NCBI RefSeq assembly: GCF_006345805.1
Contig: NW_021836320.1
Span: 1 to 24,685, forward strand
DNA length: 24,685 nt
Direction: 5' to 3'
Source: Octopus sinensis
Lineage: Eukaryota
This document shows, piece after piece, positions 1 to 10,480 of this stretch (positions are counted from its first letter, which is position 1; the number at the start of each line of letters is the position of its first letter). A program made the position numbers and the translations under genes. A model generated the notes under the pieces. That model searched no databases, was not told the origin of the DNA, and worked only from the letters and a program-made list of their open reading frames with translations.

Positions 1-439
1 AGAGAATTAATGAAGGACTGAGAGAGGAAAGATATTTGGAATGACGGAAGAAAAATATTCTCGGAAAGAAGAAAATGAAAGAGAAAAGTAAGGACGTATA
101 AGATGGAAGAAATGTTGGTGGGTGGGGCTAAGGGTGTGGATCTAATTATTAATGGGTAGCGTTGTTGTTTGATCCCCAGGTTTGTGAGTTTGCTTCGTTG
201 TAGTTGTATTGTCTGAGAGTTGATGACAAAGGTCCAGCACAAGACTGTATAATATATATATATGTGTGTGTGTGCGTGTGTGTTTGTGAGACAGAGAGAG
301 GTGTGTGTATTACGAGGTGTGTGTGTGTGTGTGTGTGACAATATTTACTCCCTTATTTATTAAAATTATTCCAAGAAGGAAAGAGTTGCTAGAAACAAAA
401 GCAGACTCACTACAAACTTGGATGGCAACAAAAAATGGT

Positions 440-945
440 TTCGACATGTTGAGCTTAAGAAAAATCTCGCCTACTTTTACTGTCCTGTTCATGGATTCTA
501 CCAGTAAAGTGTGTGTTGGCCCATCTCTTTTATTCATTTTTTCTTGTGAAGATGCTAACTTTTTCCTTTTGTCACATAAACATTTAGTAACATAACCAAA
601 TGTACTAGCGACAATTGGGATAAATGTGAGTCTATAGTCAGAGCAGAGAAGCAGGTGTCCGTTATTTTATTTCTCGCTGATTTTGGAAGAGATGTTCGAA
701 ATTCGAGGCCAGATAACCTCTATGATTGTGGAGGACTTTTCTTTTCTGTCCCAAATAACTATTTCAGACCTCTGTGTTTTCTCTTGGAAGAAGTTCTGCT
801 GGGTGTCCACTGCTAATATTCCCTCAGTTGATATGTTTGTATTCAACAGCAAAGTTGTTTTTTCAAATGGTAGTCTTATATGTGAATGATATCGTACATT
901 GTTTTAGCAACACTTTGTCGCAGTAGGGGGCAACACCTCAATAAA
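440..945 (-). mobile_element. Decayed 3' end of a REL-endonuclease non-LTR retrotransposon (R4/Dong-like)
   Basis: Minus-strand translation across stops and frameshifts: LRQSVAKTMYDIIH (degenerate RHD motif) ... RSEIVIWDRKEKSSTIIEVIWPRISNISSKISEK (RPD-I-V ... IIEV-x-x-P core) ... DYRLTFIPIVASTFGYVTKCL (IPIVxGALG) ... ESMNRTVKVGEIFLK. Motif order matches the C-terminus of REL-type ORFs. Confidence 0.7.
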
Positions 946-970
946 TTTTCGACTCAGTTAGCTTCAGGAG

Positions 971-1012
971 ACTGCCTGACGAACGTGAAGAGGTGAAACT
1001 TCGAAGTTACTA
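971..1012 (+). ncRNA. Hammerhead-ribozyme-like motif (degenerate)
   Basis: CTGACGA (976-982); helix II acgt-gaag-aggt with one mismatch; GAAA (995-998); palindromic helix III region aacttcgaagtt; then UH. Helix I pairing is poor. Confidence 0.45.
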
Positions 1013-1469
1013 TAATATTACTTATGTATATATCGCTTTAAAATAATAGTCGATATAAATTGTAGTTAGTCGGTTGATTTCGCTAGTTACTCCTTACATT
1101 ACACAAAGGAGACGGGGAAAAAAAGACTAAAAAAAGATGTAGAAAGACTTAGCACAAGAAATGCATGATGGCTGCATATACGAGGCTCTGTTGCAAGCAA
1201 TGAGTAGAGGAATGCTATAAAGACGCAGTGACATAGAATGAATCAGGAATTGGGGATGATTTGGAGGAGAGGGAATACATGACTGAGTAGTTGTGCAAAT
1301 GAGAAATTAGTTTTATTTAATTTTATCTTAAAGCGGCAAATATCTTTTTTTTTTTGAGATTTCGTATCCATTTCGTCATTTTGTATTTTATGCGCCAAGA
1401 AATTTGATAAAAATTAAATTACAACTGTTGTATGGTATCGCATATGGTCCTGGTATTAGCAATGGTGCC

Positions 1470-1543
1470 ATACATACATACATAAATACATACATACATA
1501 CATACATACTACATACATACATACATATATATATATAGTAATG

Positions 1544-1585
<42 letters not shown>

Positions 1586-1623
1586 GTATGTATATGTATG
1601 TATAAATATATGTATGTATATAT
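1470..1623. repeat. (CATA)n/(TA)n microsatellite
   Basis: Directly visible. Confidence 0.95.
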
Positions 1624-1794
1624 GTGAAACGTAGAGTAGACGAAACAGGGACAACTGAAGAAGGAAAATGTTCCTTGTGTTGTATGTCTTGTACTCTGTT
1701 TTTCCGTTGTTTGAAAAAAAGTTCGTTTCCATGTTTTTATTTTTATGTTTTCATTTCTCATTGTGTTCAACGTTTTTTTGGTGTCCTGTACCCA
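1624..1794 (+). mobile_element. Short interspersed element between microsatellites, possibly a Penelope-like pLTR fragment
   Basis: Begins GAAACGTAGAG (hammerhead 3' half-like), then CTGAAGA overlapping an aaggaa/ttcctt hairpin, then a T-rich segment running into (TA)n. Same layout as 2240-2555 and 21365-21597. Confidence 0.4.
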
Positions 1795-2057
1795 TATATG
1801 CATGTATATATACATATAGATGTAGGTATGTACATATATGTATGTATATATGCGTATATTTATATATTATTTATATTATATTATATATATATGTATATGT
1901 ATATGTATATATATATATGTATATGTATATATATGTATATATATATGTATATATATATGTATATATATATATATATGTAGGTATATTATATTATATACGT
2001 ATATATGTGTATGTATATATATATATATATATGTTTATATATATGTATATATATGTA

Positions 2058-2134
<77 letters not shown>

Positions 2135-2240
2135 GTAATACATATATGTATATATAATAAATATTATATATATGTATATATATATTGTAATATTATATAT
2201 ATTTATATATATATATAATAGATATATATTTATATATATA
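1795..2240. repeat. (TA)n/(TATG)n microsatellite
   Basis: Directly visible. Confidence 0.95.
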
Positions 2241-2553
2241 ATTCATTAAAAAAATGAATAAAAAACACAAGAAAAAAACAGCAACACGAGGACGTGGTAC
2301 ATGCATGGTATAAACAGACGCAGTCCTACTTACGTGCTTCTCTCCCAATTCCTTATTCTTATCTCTTTCTCCTTCCTCTTTTTCCTCTTCTCTGGACTTT
2401 CTTCTACATATCCGATGAAGGGATATATCCGAAACGTTATATTTTTACTTTTAATTTCCTATAATAGTTTTATCGAGACTCGAACGAACACTTTTTACTG
2501 TGAGCGTCCTTTTGACTTTCGCTGTTTTTGTCCTTCGGTTCGTCGTTTGCTAA

Positions 2554-2555
<2 letters not shown>
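2240..2555 (+). mobile_element. Penelope-like terminal-repeat-derived element carrying a minimal hammerhead-like motif
   Basis: atat-CCGATGA-ag-GGATATATCC-GAAA-CG-TT-atat at 2408-2442, followed by a T-rich tail; flanked by (TA)n and (CA)n. Confidence 0.5.
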
Positions 2556-2585
<30 letters not shown>

Positions 2586-3012
2586 GCCGCGCACACACAT
2601 GCATGCCCACATACAAAGTGCTTCAAATGCACTTTAACCCAAACTTACTCCGAGTACTTAGTTACAGAGTATCGTAAAAATGTGAGTCACTTTGATTTGA
2701 GGAGATGTGAACTCTAACGTTGCTAACGGGTCTCTTCTTCGGGGCCAATTATTTGTTTGACTCTAATTGGATTTGAAGAACCGAGTAAATGCCAAATTAA
2801 GTCAAAGGCCGATAATGTGTAATTAAGTTTCTTAATTAGCTTCGGTAAGGTTAAAACGTTTGTTGTGTAGTCTCAGGTAGGGGAGGCGACTGATGTTGCT
2901 CTTTAGCCTCGGGTTAGCTATATTCGGACAGACCAAGGATTGAGGCCGTTCCAGTTATGAGGACCCCGTTATGTTTTTCCAGTCATAATTTCTGTTGGTC
3001 TTCGTTTGACAG

Positions 3013-3079
3013 TCGCCACTGATGTGGCTGGTGCTTCTAGCACACCAAGTGAACCATACTGTACACGTGTTTATGACAG
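3013..3079 (+). other. Candidate small exon
   Basis: Acceptor tcttcgtttgacAG (AG at 3011-3012) and donor cag|GTgagg (GT at 3080). 67 nt; two frames are open (e.g. ATDVAGASSTPSEPYCTRVYD). No recognisable homology. Confidence 0.25.
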
Positions 3080-3119
3080 GTGAGGTTGACGTGATTGACG
3101 TTCTGCCGGAGTTGTGGTG

Positions 3120-3252
3120 AGAGACAGAAGAGGGGCAGAAAGGAAAAGCGAGAGGAATTAAGAGAGAGAGAGAGAGAGAAAGGAGAACTGAGGAGGGAGA
3201 AAGAGGAACGGAGACGGGAAGAGAGAGGAGGAGAGAAAGATAGAGGAAAGGT

Positions 3253-3318
<66 letters not shown>

Positions 3319-3325
3319 GAGAGAG
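3120..3325. repeat. Polypurine tract ending in (GA)n
   Basis: Directly visible; near-perfect (GA)n from ~3254. Confidence 0.95.
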
Positions 3326-3551
3326 AATTCTGAGGCGTGCGGACTCAATAGGTCAGACAAGTTTACTGTTAATGTGCCTCCTCACTGGACCTATTCTCAA
3401 GATAACAGTGACTTTGCTTGGATTTGAAACTGCGAACCTTTGCTCAATAGATCAGACCCATTATCAACTGGGTGACTGTATCTCTGCTCAGGAAAATAAA
3501 ACATTGTTTGATGTGGAGTTTAATGTATCTGCCCTCTGTAGTTGTTTTCTC

Positions 3552-3625
3552 TAGCTGACCTCATGACCTCTGTAGTTGACCTCATGACCCCTGTAGTTGA
3601 CCTCCCTAGCTGACCTTGTAACCTC
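3552..3625. repeat. 21-bp minisatellite rich in TGACCT
   Basis: tagctgacctcatgacctctg / tagttgacctcatgacccctg / tagttgacctccc / tagctgaccttgtaacctc. Confidence 0.85.
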
Positions 3626-3714
3626 TTGCAATGTTTCAATTTAAACAAATTAACAAATTATTTCAAAATATCGGATAAAAGACGCAACCTGAATGCAGCA
3701 AGGTGAGTGGGAAT

Positions 3715-3716
<2 letters not shown>

Positions 3717-3749
<33 letters not shown>

Positions 3750-3910
3750 CGTGTATGTATGTGTATGTGTGTGTGAGCGCGTATGTGTGTATGTGCGTGT
3801 ATATGTGTGTGCGTGTGTGAGTGTGTGCTAGTATGTATGTGTGTGTGTGAGTATTGTGCATGAAGGCTTACTTATGTATTTATGTATGTATTATGTATGT
3901 GTGTACGTAC

Positions 3911-3941
<31 letters not shown>

Positions 3942-4230
3942 TGTATGTATGTATTTGTATGTTTGTATGTATGTATTTGTATGTTTGTATGTATGTATGT
4001 ATGTATGTATGTATGTATGTATGTATTTGTATGTTTGTATGTATGTATGTATGTATGTATGTATGTATTTGTATGTATGTATGTATGTATGTATGTATTT
4101 GTATGTTTGTATGTATGTATGTAATGTATGTATTTGTATGTATGTAAGTATGTGTGAGTGTATACATGCATTTACGTATATAAATGTATATATGCGTATA
4201 TGTATGTATATTCGTGTGTGCATAGATGTA

Positions 4231-4268
<38 letters not shown>

Positions 4269-4545
4269 TATATGTGCGTGAGTGTAATGGGTGTGTATAT
4301 ATGTGTGGATTATATATATAATATATGACATATTTTTTACTCACACTTATATATGAAATATAATATGTCTGCACATACATATATGTATCTGTATATTTTT
4401 TGTCTATATATATGTATATGTGCATTATATATATATATATATATTATATATATATATACACATGTGTGTGTGTGCCCGCATGCATATATATAAATGCATT
4501 GCATACACACACGCACACATATATATACATTCATATATAGTGTAT
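3717..4545. repeat. Compound (TG)n/(TATG)n/(TA)n microsatellite
   Basis: Directly visible. Confidence 0.95.
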
Positions 4546-4894
4546 ATACTTTATCCTTTAAGCTTTATTGTTGAACTCCCGCCCCAATCGCTCCCTGTTC
4601 CGGTGTTTATACAACAAACAAAAGCGCCATCATTATTTGAACAAACTGACCAGACAGGTCGATGCTAAACTCTCCTCCCTCCACCTCTTACTCCCTATAA
4701 CTTTCTTCTCACTTTTCCTTCTCTAATTTTTGTCCTACTCCTCTCTTTCTCCTCCCTCTCCTCCCCGTGTCACATCTCGCTCTCTCTTTCTCCCCGTCTC
4801 TCGTTCTTCGTTTCTTTCTATCTTTTCTCTTTCCCAATACATCTCGTTCTTTCTGCCAACTTGACTGTTGTTGTTCTTGTTGTTGTGGTTGTTG

Positions 4895-5021
4895 CTTCTA
4901 AAGTAGGCACAAGGCCAGAAATTTGGAGTAGTCGATTACATCAACCCCAGTACTTGACTGGTACATTATTCTATCGACCCCAGGAGGATAAAATGAAAAA
5001 TAGTCCCCGGTAAATTTGAAC
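4895..5021 (-). mobile_element. tRNA-derived SINE family A, diverged and 5'-truncated
   Basis: taggcacaaggcc..agtcgattacatcaaccccagtac..actggtac..tatcgacccc..aatttgaac aligns to the copies at 10096, 13074 and 13304. Confidence 0.8.
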
Positions 5022-5584
5022 ATAGTCTCAGAGCCATACGTTTTATTTTAGCTAAGGTGGTGGTGTTGAGGGTGGGTAGTGCTGATAAGTATAAGAGTAT
5101 TAAAGGTAAAATTAATTCGGTTAATCGTATGTAAAGTATCAGTTTTTGATGTTACACACACACAGACAAACACACACACTCACACATACACTTAGAGCCT
5201 ACTTCAAGTTGTAATTGTCGAGACAGAATCTTGCCCACTCGACTAGGCAGGAATATTCAGCTTAGTGGTTCATGAAGCTGATGTCACAGCAGCGCTCCGA
5301 AATAAGGAAATAAGAACAAAAATTAGAAAGGTATATGCGAAGGAAATTTTTGTTATAGAGATATGTAAACCACCAGTCGTCTTTCCAACGCAAGAAGAAA
5401 GCCACAGAATTAGCGAGTCGTATCTGGGATTTGAAAGCCAACTGGAGACCAAATACCATCAGGTGGAACACCATGGAATAAACTATGGCATATGTTAATG
5501 GGTCAAAGAGATGCTGAGTGTGTGTAACCAAAAGAACTCCGCAGGCTAACTAAATTTCAGATCCGAAATTTATATTAAATGTAA

Positions 5585-5950
5585 ACATGGTTCCGGGTTC
5601 AGTCCCACTGCGTGGCACCTTGGACAAGTGTCTTCTGCTATAGCCCAGGACCGACCAATGCCTTGTGAGTGGATTTGGTAGACGGAAACTGAAAGAAGCC
5701 TGTCGTGTATATGTATATATATATAAGTGTGTGTGTATGTGTTTGTGTGTCTGTGTTTATCCCCCAACATCGCTTGACAACCGATGCTGGTGTGTTTATG
5801 TCCCCGTCACTTAGCGGTTCGGCAAAAAGAGACCGATAGAATAAGTACTGGGCTTACAAAGAATAAGTCCCGAGGTCGAGTTGCTCGATTAAAGGCAGTG
5901 CTCCAGCATGGCCGCAGTCAAATGACTGTAACAAGTAAGAGAGTAAGAGA
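5585..5950 (+). mobile_element. tRNA-derived SINE family B, 5'-truncated, with an internal (TA)/(TG) microsatellite
   Basis: B-box-like GGGTTCAGTCCC, then gcaccttggacaagtgtctt core, internal microsatellite at ~5705-5750, and tail gtaagagagtaagaga. Resembles an abundant Octopus SINE (recognition only). Confidence 0.75.
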
Positions 5951-5997
5951 GTATATGGAAAAATTTCTTTTGTTGAACTGGAGGACGTCACCTTCTC

Positions 5998-6222
5998 CGC
6001 ATTAAGCAATCAGTCTCACAGACTTTGACAAAACCTCCCTGTTGAATTAATTCGCATTAAGCAATCAGTCTCACAGACTTTGACAAAACCTCCCTGTTGA
6101 ATTAATTCGCATTAAGCAATCAGTCTCACAGACTTTGACAAAACCTCCCTGTTGAATTAATTCGCATTAAGCAATCAGTCTCACAGACTTTGACAAAACC
6201 TCCCTGTTGAATTAATTCGCAT
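5998..6222. repeat. Perfect 55-bp tandem repeat, 4 copies plus 5 bp
   Basis: Unit cgcattaagcaatcagtctcacagactttgacaaaacctccctgttgaattaatt starts at 5998, 6053, 6108 and 6163; ends with cgcat at 6218-6222. Confidence 0.97.
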
Positions 6223-6589
6223 CAATTCTGATTTGAACAGATAAAAGGACGCAACACTTTAATTTCCTTTTTATCTTTTTCCTTTTCCACTTTATTTTTG
6301 TTTTCATAATTCCACGTTCTGCCTCTACTTTCTCGTTCTTTCTCGATTTTTTTTCAAAGACCAGCATCATTTCTCGTCCCCACCCCCCGCAAAAGACTAG
6401 TCATGTATAGTTGAATCTGAAAGATTGCCTGGAAACGCAAAGCTTGATATATAAGCTTGCTAGTTTATTGTGTTTTCACAGCATGAAACTAATAGCAACT
6501 TGTATTTAAATATTATGTATATCAAATATTCATTCCTCACTGCAAGAGAATACTTTTTGTTGATTCCGTCAAAAACGAAACCGTAAATC

Positions 6590-6830
6590 ACACATACGCA
6601 CATACATGCATACATATATTTATATTATATTATATAAATGTATATGTATGTATATAATACGTTTATAAATGTGTATGCAAGTGGATATATATAAATACTT
6701 ATGTGTGTGTATCTATCTATATAATATATATATATATATATATATTAGATTGATATATATGATATATATAGATTGATATATATAGATAGATGATATATAT
6801 ATATCAATCTATCTATGTACACGTATTTAC
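6590..6830. repeat. (TA)n/(GATA)-rich low-complexity tract
   Basis: Directly visible. Confidence 0.85.
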
Positions 6831-6834
6831 ATAC

Positions 6835-7110
6835 CTTCTCTTCGACTTACGACCGCTGCGACTTACGACGACAAAAAATAAGGAAATATAAAAAAACAAA
6901 TAAATAGAAAATCGATTTTCGGACGTTGTGCGTACGATAACTATGGCAGCATCTGGAAACGCGTGCCGCTCCCCTCAGACCCAGGCATCCACTGGCTGCC
7001 ATTGTCTCTCAGTCGCTTCCAAGCATCAGTTGCGGTTGAATGAAAATAGTGTTGAGAATATAAACCCAACATACGACCAAATCGACTTACGTCCTGTCAA
7101 TCGGACGCAA
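6835..7110. mobile_element. Possible pogo/Tigger-like non-autonomous DNA transposon remnant
   Basis: Repeated CGACTTACG(A) motifs at ~6843, ~6859 and ~7083, plus catacgacc; such motifs are typical of Tigger-type termini. CpG-rich relative to flanks. Confidence 0.4.
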
Positions 7111-7898
7111 TGCATACATACGTATAGATGCGTGCGCGTTCACACTCACACACATTTTTCTTCATATATATCAATGATGCAAGTAGTTACATTCGCTATG
7201 TTCGTTGTATTTAATATTCTTTTCTCCGGATTGAGAAGTTAACAAATCTCTAAATATATCCGCACGCAATCCTGAATATTGTATCGTCTGTTCGATGTTA
7301 CATTGAGTTTCTGAAAAATAACAAACAGTGTTAGTGTGAAGTGAATAGAGTGACAGCAATATGGCCGCCAGTCACAATATTTCGGACGAGAACAGATTAA
7401 AGAACCGAGATTACTCAGTATATTTCATGTTTAGGACATTCACTCATTTTGTACAGTTTTTTGTTTTGCTTTTGTTTATATATTACAAACTCGCCATCGG
7501 GATGTATAGACAAATTCCTCTTTTCGCCGTTTTCGCTAAAAGTAGTGAGGTTTTGTTATTTGGAGAAGAAAACATCGCCTGTCAGACGATCGTTTCATGC
7601 TGTAACAACAACGAGACTTTCTCACAGATTTTGCTATATCAAAAAGGTATGACTGAGAACAATGACCGCAAAGGGAAGTACTTTCTGCAGGTGTGCTTTG
7701 CTTATTCTCGAGAATTGGTGACCAGAACAATGGCCTCATTACGACAACAAAAGTTACTGTAGTATTGTTAAGTATTGGTAGCATGTCTTCAAATTTAGAG
7801 GATTTAGACGCATCCTAGGAACACATTGGGAACCCATTGCGTCATTTTTCCTAAATTGGTGTTTAGAAAAGAATGGATTGTATCTGTGGTCTGTGAAG

Positions 7899-7971
7899 GC
7901 CTCCAAGACAGGTGCCTCCAAGACAGATGCCTCTAAGACAGGTGCCTCCAAGACAGAAGGCCGCCAAGACA
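7899..7971. repeat. 15-bp minisatellite, ~5 copies
   Basis: gcctccaagacaggt / gcctccaagacagat / gcctctaagacaggt / gcctccaagacagaa / gccgccaagaca. Confidence 0.9.
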
Positions 7972-7984
7972 AGATGAAGTTGGT

Positions 7985-8262
7985 GTTCTTGCAGGAAATT
8001 CAGACAGAGATGTATTCTCAGTGAGATGAATTCTGGGACGAAGTAATTAGAAGTGTTGGGCCAGGATGGATGGTGAGGAACACACAATGGGTAACAAGAA
8101 GATGAGAGACGAGTAATTTGGATGGAACAGGTACAAGACTAGGCAGTTCAAAGGAGCTGAAGCTGCCGTGATAATGGTAGAAGAGATAAAGGGGATACAT
8201 TGCAAGTCTGTAGCCCAGATATTGCAGCGAGAGTGGACGAGCTGAAGCAATCCTTTGTTTCA
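7985..8262 (-). mobile_element. LINE (CR1/L2/jockey group) ORF2 C-terminal remnant
   Basis: Minus translation LQYLGYRLAMYPLYLFYHYHGSFSSFELPSLVP..TRLSSSCYPLCV..SNYFVP matches the post-RT pattern LxxLxxRRxxxxLxLFYRYYxGxCSxELxxLVP..TRxS..H..NSFFPRT. Confidence 0.6.
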
Positions 8263-8524
8263 ACAATGAGTCACAAATGTTACACCTCCTAATAGAAATC
8301 GAAAGATATGTAAGCTGGATAATTAGTTACTGGTTTTATCGATTCTCTCCATCGAACTGAGGTAATTATTGATTATTATCGTAAAAAGCCGATCGAATAT
8401 TTCGATAAACATTTAAGTTTTGTAAAGGGCAACAAATTTCCAAGGCAAAACGGTTACCTCAAATACAATCTCATTGAAATGCCAAGATTGCAATGATGTA
8501 TCTTGAAATTCTGAATAATAATTA

Positions 8525-8610
<86 letters not shown>

Positions 8611-8620
8611 CTCTATCTAT

Positions 8621-8678
<58 letters not shown>

Positions 8679-8727
8679 ATCTATCTATCTATCTATCTAT
8701 CTATCTAATCTATCTATCTATCTATCT

Positions 8728-8813
<86 letters not shown>

Positions 8814-8850
8814 ACCAACCTGCCCGCCTGTCTGTCTGTCTGTCTGTCTG
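8525..8850. repeat. Compound (TC)n-(TCTA)n-(TC)n-(TA)n-(TCTG)n microsatellite
   Basis: Directly visible. Confidence 0.95.
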
Positions 8851-9165
8851 TAGGTCTGATTCGCACACACTGTTTGTATGTGTGTGTGTGAGGTGTTGGT
8901 GTTTATAAGTTGTTAGCTGAAGATCACTTGGACGCACTTGCGGCCGTCCCGTAGTATTTCTTTGTACTTCCACTCAGAACAGTGTCAAACCAAATGTTTA
9001 TACCTACTTGTTGATTGTTGATGCCATAAAGAGGGACGTTTTGCACTTTCTATACAAAACGGACAAATTCACTTCAGACTCTTGATATTCACAAGTCGCA
9101 AATAGACATTACATGTTTAAGAAAACAGTCAATATGGTTCTAGTCACATTTGCACACAGATGCAC

Positions 9166-9192
9166 TCATACATACATACATACATACATACA

Positions 9193-9226
<34 letters not shown>

Positions 9227-9229
9227 CAT

Positions 9230-9264
<35 letters not shown>

Positions 9265-9516
9265 TACATACATACATACATACATACATACATACATACA
9301 TACATACATACACACATACGTGCATGTATACATACATGCATACACACATACATGCATACATACATGCATACATATATACATACACACATAAATACATGCA
9401 TACATATATACATACACACATACATACATACAAACGTACATACATACATACATGTATACATACATACATACATACATACAAACGTACATACATACATACA
9501 TACATGCATACATACA

Positions 9517-9552
<36 letters not shown>

Positions 9553-9785
9553 TATATGCATGTATATGTATACACAGGCATACATATATACATACATACA
9601 TTATATATATATCGTGGGTTTTTAGAGATGTGGATATATATATATATATATATACATACACACACCACACACACGCACACACACATAACACCATAACACA
9701 CGCATATGTGTACGTGTGTCGAAGATTTGTATAAGGGCATTTGCACACGTATATGTGTTTGTGTGTGTGTGTGTATGTGTGTGTC
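9166..9785. repeat. (CATA)n/(TA)n/(CA)n/(TG)n microsatellite
   Basis: Directly visible. Confidence 0.95.
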
Positions 9786-9832
9786 TATCAATGGAGACTA
9801 CAGACCAACTGTAAAACAGCGATGATGTTCAA

Positions 9833-9847
9833 AGCGCCATCTACCGG
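9833..9847 (-). promoter_or_regulatory. CTCF-like motif
   Basis: Reverse complement CCGGTAGATGGCGCT versus the CTCF core CCASYAGRKGGCRS. Confidence 0.35.
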
Positions 9848-10095
9848 TGTCAGGTGTTAGTGAGTGTTGACAGAGAAGTTGTTAGTAAAACATTGTTGAA
9901 TGAGAGACGTCTGCGACAACAACAAACAACAAATAACAGCAATTATACACCCTCCACACAGACACACACATACAGGATCACACACGCATGCACCCCATAC
10001 ATATATATGCTTACACGCACACTTTTATACACATACGTATGCAGTCACGTGCACATATACGCAGCCTCCATATACATACCTATTATAAATATATG

Positions 10096-10305
10096 TTCTT
10101 TTCTACTCTAGGCACAAGGCCCGAAATGTTTGGGGAGGGGGCCAGTCGATTAGATCGACCCCAGTACGCAACTGGTACTTAATTTATCGATCCCCCGAAA
10201 GGATGAAAGGCAAAGCCGACCTCGGCGGAATTTGAACTCAGAACGTAGCGACGGGCGAAATACTTCTAGGCGTTTCGCACTAACGTTTCTTCAAACGTTT
10301 CTGCT
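10096..10305 (-). mobile_element. tRNA-derived SINE family A
   Basis: Minus strand shows B box GAGTTCAAATTCC, central gcctttcatcctttcgg(g)..tcgataaattaagtaccag, and tail ccttgtgcctagagtagaaaagaa; the 5' head is damaged. Confidence 0.9.
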
Positions 10306-10430
10306 ATGAATTCCAGCAAAGTTTTCCATTATTCGTGAGATTGAATGGATCATAACATCCATGGATATACTTTGAAGAATTGGAATACACACACGTGTGA
10401 TTCATGAGGAAAAAGCACGGGTTATAACCC

Positions 10431-10435
<5 letters not shown>

Positions 10436-10477
<42 letters not shown>
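10436..10477. repeat. (CA)n
   Basis: Directly visible. Confidence 0.95.

Positions 10478-10480
<3 letters not shown>

Noticed and set aside
3095-3427. RE-dipeptide ORF
   Set aside because: Derived from (GA)n.
1388-4534. Long YI/MYVC/HT-rich ORFs (also 9113-9791, 20491-20886, 23925-24679)
   Set aside because: Translations of (TA)n/(TATG)n/(CA)n repeats that lack stop codons.
4575-4592. GC box plus CCAAT (cccgccccaatc) promoter
   Set aside because: A single overlapping short match with no supporting downstream exon.
5265-5498. 77-aa ORF
   Set aside because: Non-ATG start, no motif, no convincing splice signals.
5998-6222. CRISPR array
   Set aside because: Units are contiguous and identical with no unique spacers; the context is eukaryotic with no cas genes.
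6745-6815. Inverted tagattgatatatat/atatatatcaatcta
   Set aside because: Lies within a self-complementary (TA)/(GATA) tract, so it carries little information.
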